A stretch of 64,000 nt of DNA from Guillardia theta CCMP2712 (taxonomy: Eukaryota; Protista; Cryptophyta), in the NCBI RefSeq assembly GCF_000315625.1, contig NW_005434639.1, positions 421,688 to 485,687 on the forward strand. The letters run 5' to 3'. Under the pieces are notes generated by a model. It saw only the letters and a program-made list of their open reading frames with translations, made no database searches and was not told the DNA's origin. This document shows positions 1 to 12,599 of this stretch, piece after piece. Position 1 is the stretch's first letter. Each line of letters opens with the position of its first letter. The position numbers and the translations under genes were made by a program.

Positions 1-392
1 GGAAGTATAGTTTACACGCATCACCGATAAAGTTGGATAGCGTGAAAAGTCGTCCACGGTAGCTAACAAGTTTCGATCGCAGAGCTTTCCATGATGCCTC
101 GTTCACTCAAGCTCCCCACCCAGTCGAGAGCACACGCGTCGGTCGACTAAGTCCATACGTGGACAGGCAATCCCTCCTTATCAAGAGCACGGTTGGCAAC
201 AAGATCAGCCTGTACCATACTATGTTGGATGTGCTCATGTACAGTGGCAAGTTGGGAAATTGCAGGAATGACCTTGCTCAGTGGACTGTTGAATCGTTCT
301 TTTGGACGATCAAGGAGAAGTTATATCTGTGGAGAGATGGAGGCCAAAGTGCCTCTAATCGGAAGCAGTACCTATCTCACGTCCTATACTAG
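1..392 (+). pseudogene. Decayed IS3-family-like DDE transposase/integrase C-terminal fragment
   Basis: ORF 159-392 contains SGKLGNCRND...VESFFWTIKEKLY, resembling the IS3 signature S..GNC.DNA..ESFF..LK.E. Upstream frames give broken KVG*/RAFHDA/YVDRQS pieces in the expected order, with stops. Confidence 0.4.
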
Positions 393-406
393 AAGCAATT
401 TAAGAT

Positions 407-490
407 AGGGAGGAGGGAGGAGGGAGGAGGGAGGAGGGAGGAGGGAGGAGGGAGGAGGGAGGAGGGAGGAGGGAGGAGGGAGGAGAGGAA
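407..490. repeat. 7-bp purine minisatellite (GGAGGGA)n
   Basis: About 11 tandem GGAGGGA units read directly. Confidence 0.9.
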
Positions 491-563
491 GCTAGGTAAT
501 GGCGCAGAGAAGGAGGAGGTCGGAACAGGAGGTGATGTTGTTGGCAGGTGATGAGATAGCGGG

Positions 564-3500
564 ATGCAGGCAGACGGTCAGACTTTCACTTCTCTCATGG
601 ACGTCTACTCGCCCCTCCTCTTTCCCCAGCAGCAGCGTTACTTGGACGTCAACCCTCCGCTTGCTCGAGACAGCTGGAGTGGTCCTGCCAGCTTCCTGCC
701 TGAGATCGAAGCTCTTGCGGGCGCCGGCAAGGAAGACGTGCAGGACTGGGAAGAAGAGCAGGGCCTGCGGAGAAGGGTGGCAAGCTTGGTGCTGGGACAT
801 CAGTCGAGAATATTCAGCGAAAAGTGAGGAGGAGGAGGAGGGAGAGGAAGAGGAGAAGAGGAGGTAGAGTCTGGCCGGCCGACAGACCTGACATGAGTCA
901 CAGGCTCGCCTTCACTCACGAGACGATCCTCCTTGTCTACGAGACTGTCGACCTCTTGTGGCCTCTGCTGCGCAAGAACCGGAAGCTGTACCTCGAGGCC
1001 GCTCGGCATGTTGCCATCCTGCAGGTGAGGGATGGAGAGAAGGAGGACGGAGAGGACGAAGGAGAGGAGGAGGAGGAAGGGGTGACTTTGAGCAGCAAGC
1101 ACTGGACGAGTCATCGAGCGAGATTATGAGGCTGCAGGAGGAGAGCGACATCCTGTCTATCCATGCCACTTCTGCGGTTCTCCTCCGCTTCTTCACTTTC
1201 AGTGCTCACTGATCCTGTCAGAATGCGCTCGCAACGTTGGTGGGGAAGAAGTTCACAGATTGGGATGCGAGCAGGCATGAAGAAGAACATACGACAGTGA
1301 TGCCCTCGTTGTCTTCGCCTGTCGCTTGACAAACTACAGGAGAAGCTCACGCGAAGTTTGGAGGAGATGGAAGAGCGAAGCGTCTGGTTGCAGGAGGCTC
1401 TCGTTCAGGTCTGCTTCTTCCTCCTCCTCTCCTGTGACTGTCATTGCAGATCTCGCGGAGGATCAGAGCTCGCGATGCAGGAGACGATCTGCTCATGTCT
1501 CAGGCAAGTAGAAGGGCAGAACGTCTCTGGCGCTAATGCTGCTGCAGGCGCTGAAGGCGAACGAGGACCGCAAGCGGATGGAGGAGGAGGTGACTGACAG
1601 GCTGATTCTCCTCTGCTTGTCTCACGTGCGAACAGGTTCAGAAGCTGCGGGAGGAGGTGAGGAGGCGAAGGCAGGAGGAGCTGCGCCAAGAGGGCAGGGC
1701 AGGAGGGTTGAAGGAGCAGATCGCAATCCTGGAGGATAAATTGCTTGACCGGCTGAAGGCGCTGGAGGAGGAGGAGAAGAAGCGGAAAGAGAGCGACTTC
1801 TTGAAGCAACAGTACATGGACCGGAGAAGGTGAGACGGTGCTGGGCAGGATGGATTCGCTGATGGGCCTCAGGGAGCTGGAAGCGCGACTAGAGTCAGTC
1901 TCAGCGTCTACCCTCCTCTCGGCCAGGCGCGCTGGTCGGCTGGAAGAGCAGGCAACGAGACTTGAGGGAGAGCTCGAGAGAAGCAGAAGAGACGTGGAAG
2001 AGGCGATGGAGGCGAGCAGACTGTGCCTGACCGAGATGCGGCGAGAGAGGGAGGAGAAGGAGCTCTTGACTTCGACTGTTATCGAACTCGAGGAGAAGCT
2101 GAGGGAGGAGGAGGAGAAGAGAGAGGCCCTCGAGGCGCAGCGGCAGGGTCACGTGCTGGCTGTAGCAGAAGAGCGTCTGAGAGGACAGACAATGAGAGCA
2201 GAGCTCGAAGAGGCGAGGAAGGAGACTGCTGAGTCGCTTGTTCGCTTCCTCTCCCTCGATAAGGAGAAGATGCAGGCAGAGCTCGCGCTCAAGATTGAAC
2301 GGGAGGAGAATGTGAGGCTGAGAGAGCTGAACGACAGCTGGGAGAGGCTTGTCAAGGAGTTGCGAGACGAAGCTGGGGAGTACCATCGATTGCGTGACAG
2401 CCTGAAGCATGAGGAGGAGAAGAAGATGCAGGAGAGTGCGAGGACGCGGCTCTTTTTGTCAGGATGGAGACAGCTGGGAGAGGAGGTGGCTGCGTGCTCG
2501 CTCCTCCTCCTCCACGAGATTCAGCGCCTGCAGTGCGACTCGACTGAACGCGAGCAGTCAGAGCGAGAGCAAGAGGAGGAGAGACGCGCGTGGAGGCGAG
2601 AGAGAGAGGAGCTGAAGATCGCAGTCGACTATGCGGACGCCACGGTGAACAACCTGAACAAGAAGCTGAAGGAGTTGCAGGGCATGAGCGAGCAGCTCCA
2701 GCGGGAAAAGGAGCAGGTGCGACGCTAATGCTCCTCGCTCGTGTGACCCCTTGCAGGTTGAGCAACAGCTGAGCAGAATGGATGAGACGCTGTCGCGTGA
2801 GATGGCGAGAGTGACGGCGATGGGAGTAGAACTGGAGAAAAAGAATGCGAGCCTTGCGATGGCAGCGAGCAAACAGGAGAGCTTGGAAGCGGTCTTGTCG
2901 GAAGAGAGGATGCGGTGAGCAAACAGGGCCCATAACGAAGCTGGGGAGGGAAGGAGGGGAGGGAGGGAGGAGAGCACTGAAGCGGAAGCAGGACGGAGAA
3001 AGTGATGCAACTTCACGACACTTTCACTGAGAGCCTAGCTGGGAGCCTGCAAGACCTTGAGCGCATGAGGAAGAAGCTGCGGGAGGAGGAGGAGATGGTG
3101 GAGAAACTTCGAGCTGAGAATGAAAAGCTGAAGGAGACGTACAAGGAGAACGAAGAGAAGGCGAGGAGGGGAGAGAAAGAGGGAGGAAGGGAGAGGAAGG
3201 GAGAGGAAGGGAGAGGAAGGGGGAGGAAGGGAGAGGAAGGGAGAGGACGCTGACTGATTCTGGGCAGCACAAGCACACAGCCTTGGAGGTAGAGATGAAG
3301 GTCCGTGAGCTCGAAGACGCGCTGGATACAGCGAGGACTTCAGGTCTGCATTGAAAAACGTAGAGAGGAGACGAGAAGACTGGGAGAAAGCAGGAGGGCG
3401 AGGGGGAGCGAGAGAAGGAGGGGAAGCTAGAGAGAAAAGGGAGAGGGTGAAGAATGAGTGACGGGGGGTGGGGGTGGGGCTGAGGGTGTTGGCAGACTCG

Positions 3501-4456
3501 AGACGGTCAGAGGCGATGAATCGGTTGCAACAGCAGCTGCAAGAGGAGGAGGAGAAGATTCAAAGTCTCAATGTCGAGCAACAACGTCTTCAGGTCTCCT
3601 CTATCCTCCTCCTTCTAGATTTGACGCAGCAGCAGCCGAGTTACCTCAACCTCGTTGATAAGCTTACAGCAGCTGAAGGGCTCGCGAAACTCCAGCAGCA
3701 CGAGGTCTCACAGTTTTGTCATGTCATGTCATGTCGTGTCATGTCATGTCATGTCTCGTGCTCTTGCTGTTTGTTGTCTCTTGTTTTCATTTCTCTTCTT
3801 CTCTCAGCTCGATGGTCTTCGCATGGAGGTCGCGCTGCTGCAAGTCAACGCGATGAACGAGAGGCAGGAGCTCGAAGAGGTGCAAGACCCATGAACCCTC
3901 CTCCTCCTCCTCCTCCTCCTCCTCCTCCTCCTCCTCCTGCTGCTGCTGCTCCTGCTGGTTGGCGCTGGGCGTAGTTTTCCTCCTCCTGATCCTCCCGGTC
4001 CTCCTCCTGATCCTCCTGATCCTCCCGGTCCTCCTCCTGATCCTCCCGGTCCTCCTCCTGATCCTCCTGATCCTCCCGGTCCTCCTCCTGATCCTCCCGG
4101 TCCTCCTCCTGGTCTTGCTGCTGCTGCTGGTGGTGGTGGTACTGATCGTCCTCTCCCTCACTCCCCACTCCTCGTCCTTGTGTGGTAACATCAAAGTTCC
4201 AGGCCGTGCGAACGAGGAGCCAGACGATGGAGGANNNNNNNNNNNNNNNNNNNNNNNNNNNNNNNNNNNNNNNNNNNNNNNNNNNNNNNNNNNNNNNNNN
4301 NNNNNNNNNNNNNNNNNNNNNNNNNNNNNNNNNNNNNNNNNNNNNNNNNNNNNNNNNNNNNNNNNNNNCGACGTGATGTCCGTGGCCTCGGGCTCCGACA
4401 CCAGCAGCAACTTCCTCCGCAGCCCCCGTTACGTCTACCGCAAGGGTCTCTTCTGA
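564..4456 (+). CDS. Multi-exon coiled-coil protein, unknown function (span approximate, crosses a gap)
   Basis: Long E/R/K/L heptad-rich exons (e.g. 1838-2728) separated by short GT-AG introns; last exon ends RSPRYVYRKGLF* at 4456. Confidence 0.65.
3895..4140. repeat. (CCT)n plus mosaic 9/21-bp CTCCTCCTGATCCTCCCGGTC repeats
   Basis: Read directly; the source of spurious poly-L/poly-P ORFs. Confidence 0.85.
4235..4368. other. Assembly gap (N run)
   Basis: Run of n. Confidence 1.
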
Positions 4457-4591
4457 GGGACGACAAACATGCTCCACATGAGCTGGTGGACTCGACCGTT
4501 GATCGCTAATAAAGTCTCGCATCCTGTTGTCTGCTTACCCTGCCATCCTCCTCCTCCCCCCTCCTCATCGCCCGAAATAAACTGAAAGGTG

Positions 4592-6126
4592 TCAGCCTAC
4601 AAGCAAGAGAAGAAGACATGAACCTGGCAGCGGAGCAACCGATCGTTCTGCACGGCAGTTAGTAAGGGAGAAAGTAGAGGAGAGGGGAGGAAGTTCTGGT
4701 GAAGAAGAGATCTCACCCAGCTTAGCTTCTCCCACGCTTCCAATGGGCCAGACAAGGTTCCGGACTCGTAGAGCTGTGAGACTTGCTATCACAGCAGGGT
4801 CAGGCTGAGCAGGGAGGGGAGGGGAGGGGAGATGAAAGGGATGAGTGGACAACCGATGCCAACTTGCGGATGAGAGGATGAGATCTCAAGACCAGCTGCT
4901 GGGCTTGAACTTCATCGTATCCCTTCCTCTGCCTCCTCCGCTCCTCCTCCCGCGCTCTTCGCTCGACGTAACCAGGATGAATTGATCGCGCAGCTCGGGC
5001 TAACGCATCCTTCGCCAATCCTGGGGGAAGTAAGGGTGAGTGAGGAGGAGAAAGAGGAGCTTTTCAGGTACCGCAGAGCTCCTTATCCTCCTCCTGCGCT
5101 ACTCGCAAGAGACACGCTCGAGCTCGGTCGTCCCTCCTGTCAGCCATGCTCCCGAGCGCCTGAGGCCATGATTTCACCTCCTCTTTCAAGACTACGAGAC
5201 TACCATGAGGCAGCGCGTACGAACGTCACAGGGGCATGAAGGAGAAGCTTTGACAAGGTCAAAAGGAGCGACTCAAATCGAGCAAGTTACCAACGAGTCC
5301 GCACAGCAAGTCAACGAACTTGGTGTCCCCCGGCTTGCCAGCCCTCGCGATCAGTTCGCACCCAGTGATCTTGTTCATGGCAGACTCATCTCCGACCAGC
5401 CTCTCCGACATGCTCATCACCTGGCACAACGTTCATTCACATCGCAATCCTCGTCGCTCAGGATCGATCTACCAACGAGATAGGCAGCAAGAAGCTCGAA
5501 ACCAGGTCCACGAGAGCCAGTCGCATACTCCACGATTCTTCTTTGAACATCAGCTGCTCTACCTGCACGCAAACTTGTTGCTGAAGTTTGACGGGTGTAC
5601 ATGCTCTCAAAGTCTCCACCGCCTTCATCCTCAACGCCAAGTTTTGCATCTCAGGGTGCTGGAGCTTATGTAGTGTCATGCAGCACTTCTACTGGAGGCA
5701 AGCTCGCTCACCAGTTGCAGTACACAAGTCGCGAAGCCATGTCTCGGTCCTCGTCTGACCATCTCGTCCATGTCCATAATCAATCTGCTGACATGTCAAC
5801 ATGAGAGTGCAAGCTCATTTCTATTACTGCCGGCCGTCTCCTTCCTTCAAGTGGCTCAGCAAGGTCTCGCATACGTCGTCGTCGCTGACGTACTTGGCCT
5901 CTCCTTTCACGTCCAAGAGTTCAACTTGAATGTCGTCGATGAGGAGGCCTCGCTTCACCAGCGACTTGTTCATCTCCTCCTTCCCTAGCTGCAACACTAG
6001 CTCTGCCAGCCCGGCGGCTTCTCCCCGTATCATGAAGCGCATCTTGGAGGAGGGAGGGATGAGGGAGACTTCCTCGCACCAGGACAGGGACACATCAACA
6101 GGTCTTGATGCTCGCAAGCTCATCAT
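4592..6126 (-). CDS. Multi-exon hypothetical protein, possibly HEAT/ARM-like helical (span approximate)
   Basis: Consecutive minus-strand exon-like ORFs (5824-6126, 5458-5679, 4800-5018) with amphipathic helices such as EESWSMRLALVDLVSSFL. Confidence 0.45.
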
Positions 6127-6451
6127 CCCCTTCAGCTCCTCTCTCATCCTCGCTGCCGCCGCCGCTCGCCCTGCCACCACCATAGTCACCCCCGCCATTG
6201 ACCGACCGTTGACAGTCTTTTACACAAGATGGTTTTTTTTCGTCGTAAGGCTTTTCTTGGAAGCCGTTGGTTTTGTGCATGGCGTGTCGTCGGGAGTCGG
6301 TGAGAGGAAGAGGGAGGGAGGGAGGGAGGGAGGGAGGGAGGGAGGGAGGGAGGGAGGGAGGGAGGGAGGGAGAGGAGGTGAGCAGGCTAAAGAGCTGATA
6401 TTTGTCGGCAGGGTGTGGTAGTTTCATTTCATCGTCGTTTTGATTTTGCAG

Positions 6452-7183
6452 ATCTTTCAGCTCCAAGAAAAGATGCAGAGCGAAGACAAAGAGGTGGAAA
6501 GAGGATCCTGGCAGGAGCCGTGGGAGCGTTGAACAAGTCGAATGTCAATCTCCCCGCCAACTCCTTCCTTGAAGGCGAGACCTTCTCTCCTCTCCTTCTG
6601 CCTTCTGCTCATCCCCGCCTCCAGCTAAAAGACCGCAAACTTCCTCGTCCAACGTCAAGCAAGAGCTCCGAGAGGTCTCGCTGTGAGGGCGTTGTTGTGA
6701 GAGCTGAGGCATCGACAGGCAGCCAAGAAGGGCGACGCTCAAGCTCTTCACCGGCTCCTTCATGCTGGGGCAGATGTGAACATGCGGCTTGACTCGTATG
6801 ACTTGAGGCCTCTCCACTATGCTGCCTGGCACGGCAAGACAGACGCAGTGGAGCTCCTCCTCTCCTACAAGGCAGACATCAACGCGCGAAACAAGGACCT
6901 GAAAACCGCTCTGCACCTGAGCGCAAGTCGAGGACACTTGAAGACAGCTCGCCTGCTTGCCAGGCGAGGCGCGTTCCTGACGGTGAGAGACAAGGAGGGA
7001 AACACTCCTCTCGAAGTCGCAGAGATGTGGGGGAAAGCACAAGTCGCGATGCTGCTGGAGGAGCTTGTCGAGACTGCAAGGGATGGGCAGGCACAGCGAC
7101 GATGGACGGAAGATGTGCTGCGAGAGCTTGGAGCGAAGAGCTCGACCGACTCGAGGAGCAGCAGCGAGAGGAGAAGCTCATGA
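6452..7183 (+). CDS. Ankyrin-repeat protein
   Basis: Repeats GADVN..PLHYAAWHGKTDAVELLL, INARNKDLKTALHLSASRGH and DKEGNTPLEVA; 5' end uncertain. Confidence 0.9.
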
Positions 7184-7283
7184 GACGAGGAGCAGCAAGC
7201 AGAGGAAGAGCGATGCATTCGAGGGGAAGGACGTAGAAGAGGCGGGTAGGGAAGGAAAATCTCGCGGGCAGGTAGGGAGTATG

Positions 7284-9565
7284 CTATGTTATCAAGACTC
7301 GACAAGAAAAGTCAAGAAGGCCTGTCCCTGCCACTGTATGCCCGTAATCTGTCAGATCGTGCTTGCACACTCCGTCCCACACGCTTCCCCACACCTGCCT
7401 GACGTCAGTCTGGCGTTGGAAAGGAAGAGGAGCATTGAGGTGGTAGGACATGGAAAGCCTATGAGGGAAGAGAACGGGCGATGCGAGCGAGGAGGAGGGG
7501 AAGCGAGAGCTTACTCTGTCCATGTTCTCGTTTAGGTAGATGTCATCCAATACCACCAGCCCCTCGTAGCCGTTGCCGACGAGAAACTGAAGGACCTCGT
7601 CAGCCACATCCCCTCTCAACTTTCTCCTGCCTGGAGGATCGCGTCCTCGATGTCCCCGTGGTGGTTAATGTCTATGTGGATCAACGAAGCCTCTAGCAGC
7701 TCCCGCATTCGCTCCTCGGACCCCAACACGTTCTCAAAACGCCACTCGATGCTGACAAGAGTTTTCAGGCTCTGCTCGAGCTCTGGTAAGGGCGGGGAGC
7801 ACCTGAGATTCTCCTCCTCCAGGGCAGCTAGGAAAGCATCAGGTCTCATGCCGCAGGCTCGCATGTTGGGCGTGAGGTCGTCGACGATGTTGTACGTCAC
7901 AACTCTGCCTGTCGTTTCAGCTCAAGGAGCAACCCACCTGACCCCACCTGTTCTTGCGGCTTCCAGCAGCCAGAGCGATGGCTGAACCCCCATGCATGGT
8001 CCCGAGCTCGACGATGAGAGCGTCTGCACCGGCGACGTCATGGGGAAGGCGAGGAGCGACTTGCAGGACCTTGGAGGAGCGAGGCCATGTAGCTGAGGAG
8101 CCTGTAGTGTCCTCCAGGATTGCCTGAAAGCAGCGACTTTAAGCTAGAGCCTTGCTCACATCTCTCCTGCCTACTGCAGACCCGAAGGTCAGCATGCCCG
8201 CAGGCCCGGTGAACTGGAGAGGAAGAATTCATCTGAGTGCAGAGGAGAGAGGAGGGAGTGACCTCCAGTGCTGTCCACTCACAGACGAGATGCGACAAGT
8301 GCGTCAACTCCACGCTTCTAACGGCTGCCTTGCCATGGCAACCAATCAGAATGACAGGACCAGTGGAGATGGGGAGAAGGGAAGATGATGTGCAGGAAGC
8401 AGTCAGGTGAGGAAAGCTCATCGCACCTTCAGCATCAACAATCAGTTCGCAACCTTTTTGACAATGTCTTGTCCTTGTCTTTGGCGTCAAGACCTCGTAT
8501 CCTACTTCTCGTCAATCTCTCCCTCCACGTGCTGTTTCCTCACCCGGTTGCAGCCTATGGATCAGCTGTAAAGTTCTGATAGCTTCCTCGGCAGCGCCTG
8601 TTTGCATGCAAGCCTTGGCGTGTTCCAGGTAAGGATAAACATGCCTGACCTGCTTTACCGTCACTTCTCGTCGCTTCTCTCACCTTTCTATCCCACATGT
8701 GCTGCGTCCCCACTGAGCCCTTGCCTTGCGCTCATCATCACTGCTGTAAACAATGCTTCGCTCGCCTCCTCTGTTCTTCCCGTCATCTTCTCGTTCTCAG
8801 TGATGTTCAAGTAGCGAGTTGCATGCAGTCACCCGAAGCTCGTGGCCGAGCTGCACCAGGGCGTCGCATGGTGACGTCATGCTTCGTATTCCCAGCGAGG
8901 CAGCTCGGGAGCTGTTGGCGCAGACATCTCGAGCTGCTTCAAAGAGCTCCAAGGAAGGGTCGCGAACGAGAAACATGGCATGAGCCATAGCCCTTGAAAG
9001 TCTCAGCAGCAGCAGAGGAGGAGGTCGAGAGAACCTCTCGCTTCCGTCGGACCCTGACAAGACTGCGTTGATTCCTCGAACCCCAGGAAGCACGTGAATC
9101 TGCACGTGAAAGGAGTAGAAAGCTGACGAGGAGGAACCTTTCCTACGACCGAGTCACTCAAAGTCGGACGCTGAAGACTCTCACTTCTCATCGACATGTA
9201 GCGACGAACCATGCAGGGTTGAAACGTGCTCGGAGTCAACATACAGCCTGACGTTAAGTGCCGGGGAACACGAGGCGCAGGAGGCGGAGAGGTTTGAAAG
9301 AGGAGGGATTTGAAGATCAACAATGACATCAGCCAGCCCGGGAGGTATCAAGACATGCGACTGCGGCTGACGGATCGAGACTCTCACGCCATCCACGTCG
9401 ATGCCCGACCGAGCGAAGGACCTCCTCGTTAGATCTGAAGTAGCGAATCACAAGCCCATCGACCCTCCTTCACCCATCCATCCTCTATCGTCTCGTCTCC
9501 TCACCTCTCCCTCCTACGCTCATCAGGCTTGCCGCCATAGCCGCCATCGCCATTGCCGCCTTCAT
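7284..9565 (-). CDS. Multi-exon protein with C-terminal class I SAM-dependent methyltransferase (Methyltransf_24-like) domain
   Basis: Exons give IVELGTMHGGSAIAL (motif I), LIHIDINHHGDIE, LVVLDDIYLN and GHTVAGTGLLDF; N-terminus MKAAMAMAAMAASL is signal-like. Confidence 0.7.
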
Positions 9566-9829
9566 CACGCCATTCCGAATCCAATCGCATCCAACCCGCC
9601 TCAAAGCATCTGGAGGGCAGAGACAGAAGTGACTGTGAGCTTCTTGCCTATCGACACGCGCTGCCCCAAGTCGAACCTTGCTAAAAGAAGGGTCCGGGCC
9701 GGGCCGCCGGGGAGTGAAAGTCACTGAGATTTGTGTCCCTAGCTAGTGATCTCTTTTAGAGGGCCGTGTACCGGTAGTATTTGAGGATAATAGAGGGGTG
9801 TTTGTTTATGTGCACTGATGCTTTGACAG

Positions 9830-10210
9830 ATGGAGATAGGTGGGGTGGATTACACCGGTGCTTGCCAGCGTGAAATAGGGGGTGAGGGTACCTAAAAGCC
9901 TGCTTGGTAGGATTTGTCGAAAGAGTCGGAGAGGAAGGGAGGGTAGGGGTAGTTCCGGTAAAAGACAGGGGTAGCGTCAACTTGCGTAAACTTGCGTATG
10001 TTGCCCCCGACAATCCTCCGTGAAAGGGGGTGGGTGGGGGGAAAGAGGGGGTGGGGGTACACAGAATTTCGATATCCGATGAGAAATGCTGGGTACAATC
10101 TGGACGGCTATGTGGTGGGGGTAGTCAGAATCTCGATATTAGGGGGTGGGGGTGAAAAAGGTCAGAGGTGCTCAGATATGCAGGGACAGAAAGGGTTGGG
10201 AAGGGCTTGG
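9830..10210 (+). repeat. Cluster of GGGGTG(G)GTAG motifs; probable dispersed repeat family member
   Basis: Many GGGGTGGG(G)GTA runs plus GAATCTCGA-like motifs; similar clusters at 18830-19070, 41895 and 56120. Confidence 0.55.
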
Positions 10211-10833
10211 ACGATGGAGAGGAGAGGAAGGGAGCGAGAGGCAGCGGGGGAGAATAGAGGGAAAAGATGATATATGACAGTAGATGATAGCTGAGATCAG
10301 TAGGCAAAGAAATAGCGGGCAGAGCGACGGGAGAAAGGAGGGTCAAACCATTCGAGATCCAACAGAGAAGGGCAAGAATAGTAAAGACTAACATTTTATG
10401 AAGAAAACAAACTGAGGGGACATGGAAGAGACGACAAGGAAAGTCAAGAACGTGTACAGCGAAGATTCAAGGTAGCATAGAGCAGAAGACCAGCGAAGTA
10501 TTGGATAGAGCTTATGCACCTCACCGCATCTGATCTCTACTCGCACAACTTCGTACACCTTACCTCCCTTCAGTCGCAAACAAGACAGGATAAGGGGAAG
10601 GATGAAGGGATGAAGGGATGAAGGTTCAGAATCGCGTTTAGCAAGTCCAGCCTAGTAGGAAACTGCTCAAGATACCAAAAAAATACTTGAATTTAGGGAG
10701 CGGTCATGGGACATGTCAAGCCAAGTCTTCTCGTATGATGAGTAGATGTAAGTCTCTCAGAGACTGCAGTAGATGGCACAAGATTGCATGATTCATGGCT
10801 GATTGAATGCTTTGATCCTTCAGGACGGTCTCA

Positions 10834-12253
10834 ATGTCCACCGATACTCCTCCTCGTGCCAAAAGAAAGAGTGCCCAGGCGGCCCAAGATGCTCAGTTAG
10901 CGCGAGCTTTGCAAGAGGAGTGGATGAGAGGAGGAAAACGCAAACTTGAAAAATCGTTTCTGGCGGAAGCATTGTCAACAGGGGGTGTCAATGACCACCG
11001 CCTTCTGGAAGATGCGGTCAGCGAAGATCAGGTGCTAAAACATTTCATACGAAGAGATCCCAAGGGCTTTCTCGTAGCGGATGCTAGAAGGGGATGCTGC
11101 GTCTGTGAGGAGTGTGCTCAGGTACTCGAGTGTCAGAGGCAGCAGAGATCTTGTTGATCGTCTGTAGCGTCTGGCAGATGAGATCGTTACCGGCAGCGGA
11201 CTAGTCGTTGTTCGAGGGGCCATCAGCATGGATGTTGTGCCTTTGTACTTCCTGCCTCTTCTCTCCCAGTCACACCTTTCACGCAGATCGCCTTGCAAGC
11301 TCGGATGGAAATCGACAAGATGAAGCAGCAAGAGGAAATAAGTGGAAAATTTGTTCCAGCTGAGTTGGGGCCTACGCATCGTCGAATCTGGGCTCTTCTG
11401 AATCGAGGAGCTCCTTTCACATCTCTTGTAGCCTCGTTGTGAAGTCTGTGATGGTCAACTGATGCTGTAGCACAAGGTCACCCACTCGTTGCTCTTCAAG
11501 GTCCTCTCGCGCATTCTTGGTGAAGATTTCGCCTTGGGCTCTTTCAGGTGAAGCTCTTGCTTCTTCTAGGCTCCTCGTTGACATGTCATCCAGCGCAAAT
11601 GAGATCGGCCCCGGGTGTCCGCAAGGGCCAGCGCATGTCGATTATCCTTATTCGATGCTCTCGTCTTTTCCCAACGACACCATGGCGTGTCAGGTGGGAG
11701 AAGGGAGAGGAATTCGTACTGGGTATCTGAGACGATGACGCAGACTATCTTCTGCTTGGATGAATGGACAGAAGAGAACGGCGCTACTAGAGTGCGACTA
11801 TCAAACGTCAAACTGCTCTTGGCTGACTAGAGCGCTTGCTCAGGTAGCGCTACATAGTCATAAGCAGAAGCAGCATCCGGACAGAGACGATTTTCTTTCG
11901 ACAGTCATAGAGGGAGAGATGGGCGACCTCGTGATCTATCACAGGCAACAGCAGCTCTTGCTCGAGCCTCGCTGACTGCGTTGCCACAGTCTGCTTCACC
12001 ATCGCTCGGGTCAAAACGTCACAGAGATGAGCCGCGTTGGACTGTTGGGTCAATTCTTGGCGAAGTACGTCCGGCCTATGGAAGATCAGGTGGAGGAGGC
12101 GAGGAGTCAGTTGAGGGTGTGACGAATGAGCAGGTGCGGGGAGTGAAGGAGTCGGTCAAGAAGACTGCGAGCAAACAGCTGCGACAGCTGCTGGCGATGG
12201 ACTGTCCTTACCCCATCCTTGATCCTTCAGCTCGCATGGCCTCATACGACTAA
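10834..12253 (+). CDS. Phytanoyl-CoA dioxygenase (PhyH)-family 2OG/Fe(II) oxygenase, multi-exon
   Basis: GPAHVDYPY (HxD), TIFCLDEWTEENGATRV..HSHK and GEMGDLVIYH are characteristic PhyH motifs. Confidence 0.8.
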
Positions 12254-12599
12254 TGAAAGGGGAGAACCAAGACAGTAGAATTTAGACAGGGAAGTGAAGG
12301 AAATGACAAATAATAGCTTGATGTAAACTGAAGAGAAGAAATATGAACCATTTGAAACGATCTACAAATCTAAAGATCTTTCTAAATCAGAATCCTCTCC
12401 CTCCTCATAAAGAGAGAGGGGAAGGAGGGTGGGGGGCATAAATTGAAGCAAGAAAGGAGAAAAGAGGATGAGAAGATACAGACAAAGAGAAGAGAATCAA
12501 AAGGAGCCCGTCAATGTGAGAGTAAGTGGGGGATTAGGAGCGAATAAAGGAGTGAGAGGCATGGAGCTGACAAGAAGGACAGTCAGTGGGCCGAGGACG

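Noticed and set aside
407-490. Telomeric repeat
   Set aside because: GGAGGGA is internal and resembles the many other purine tracts in the window.
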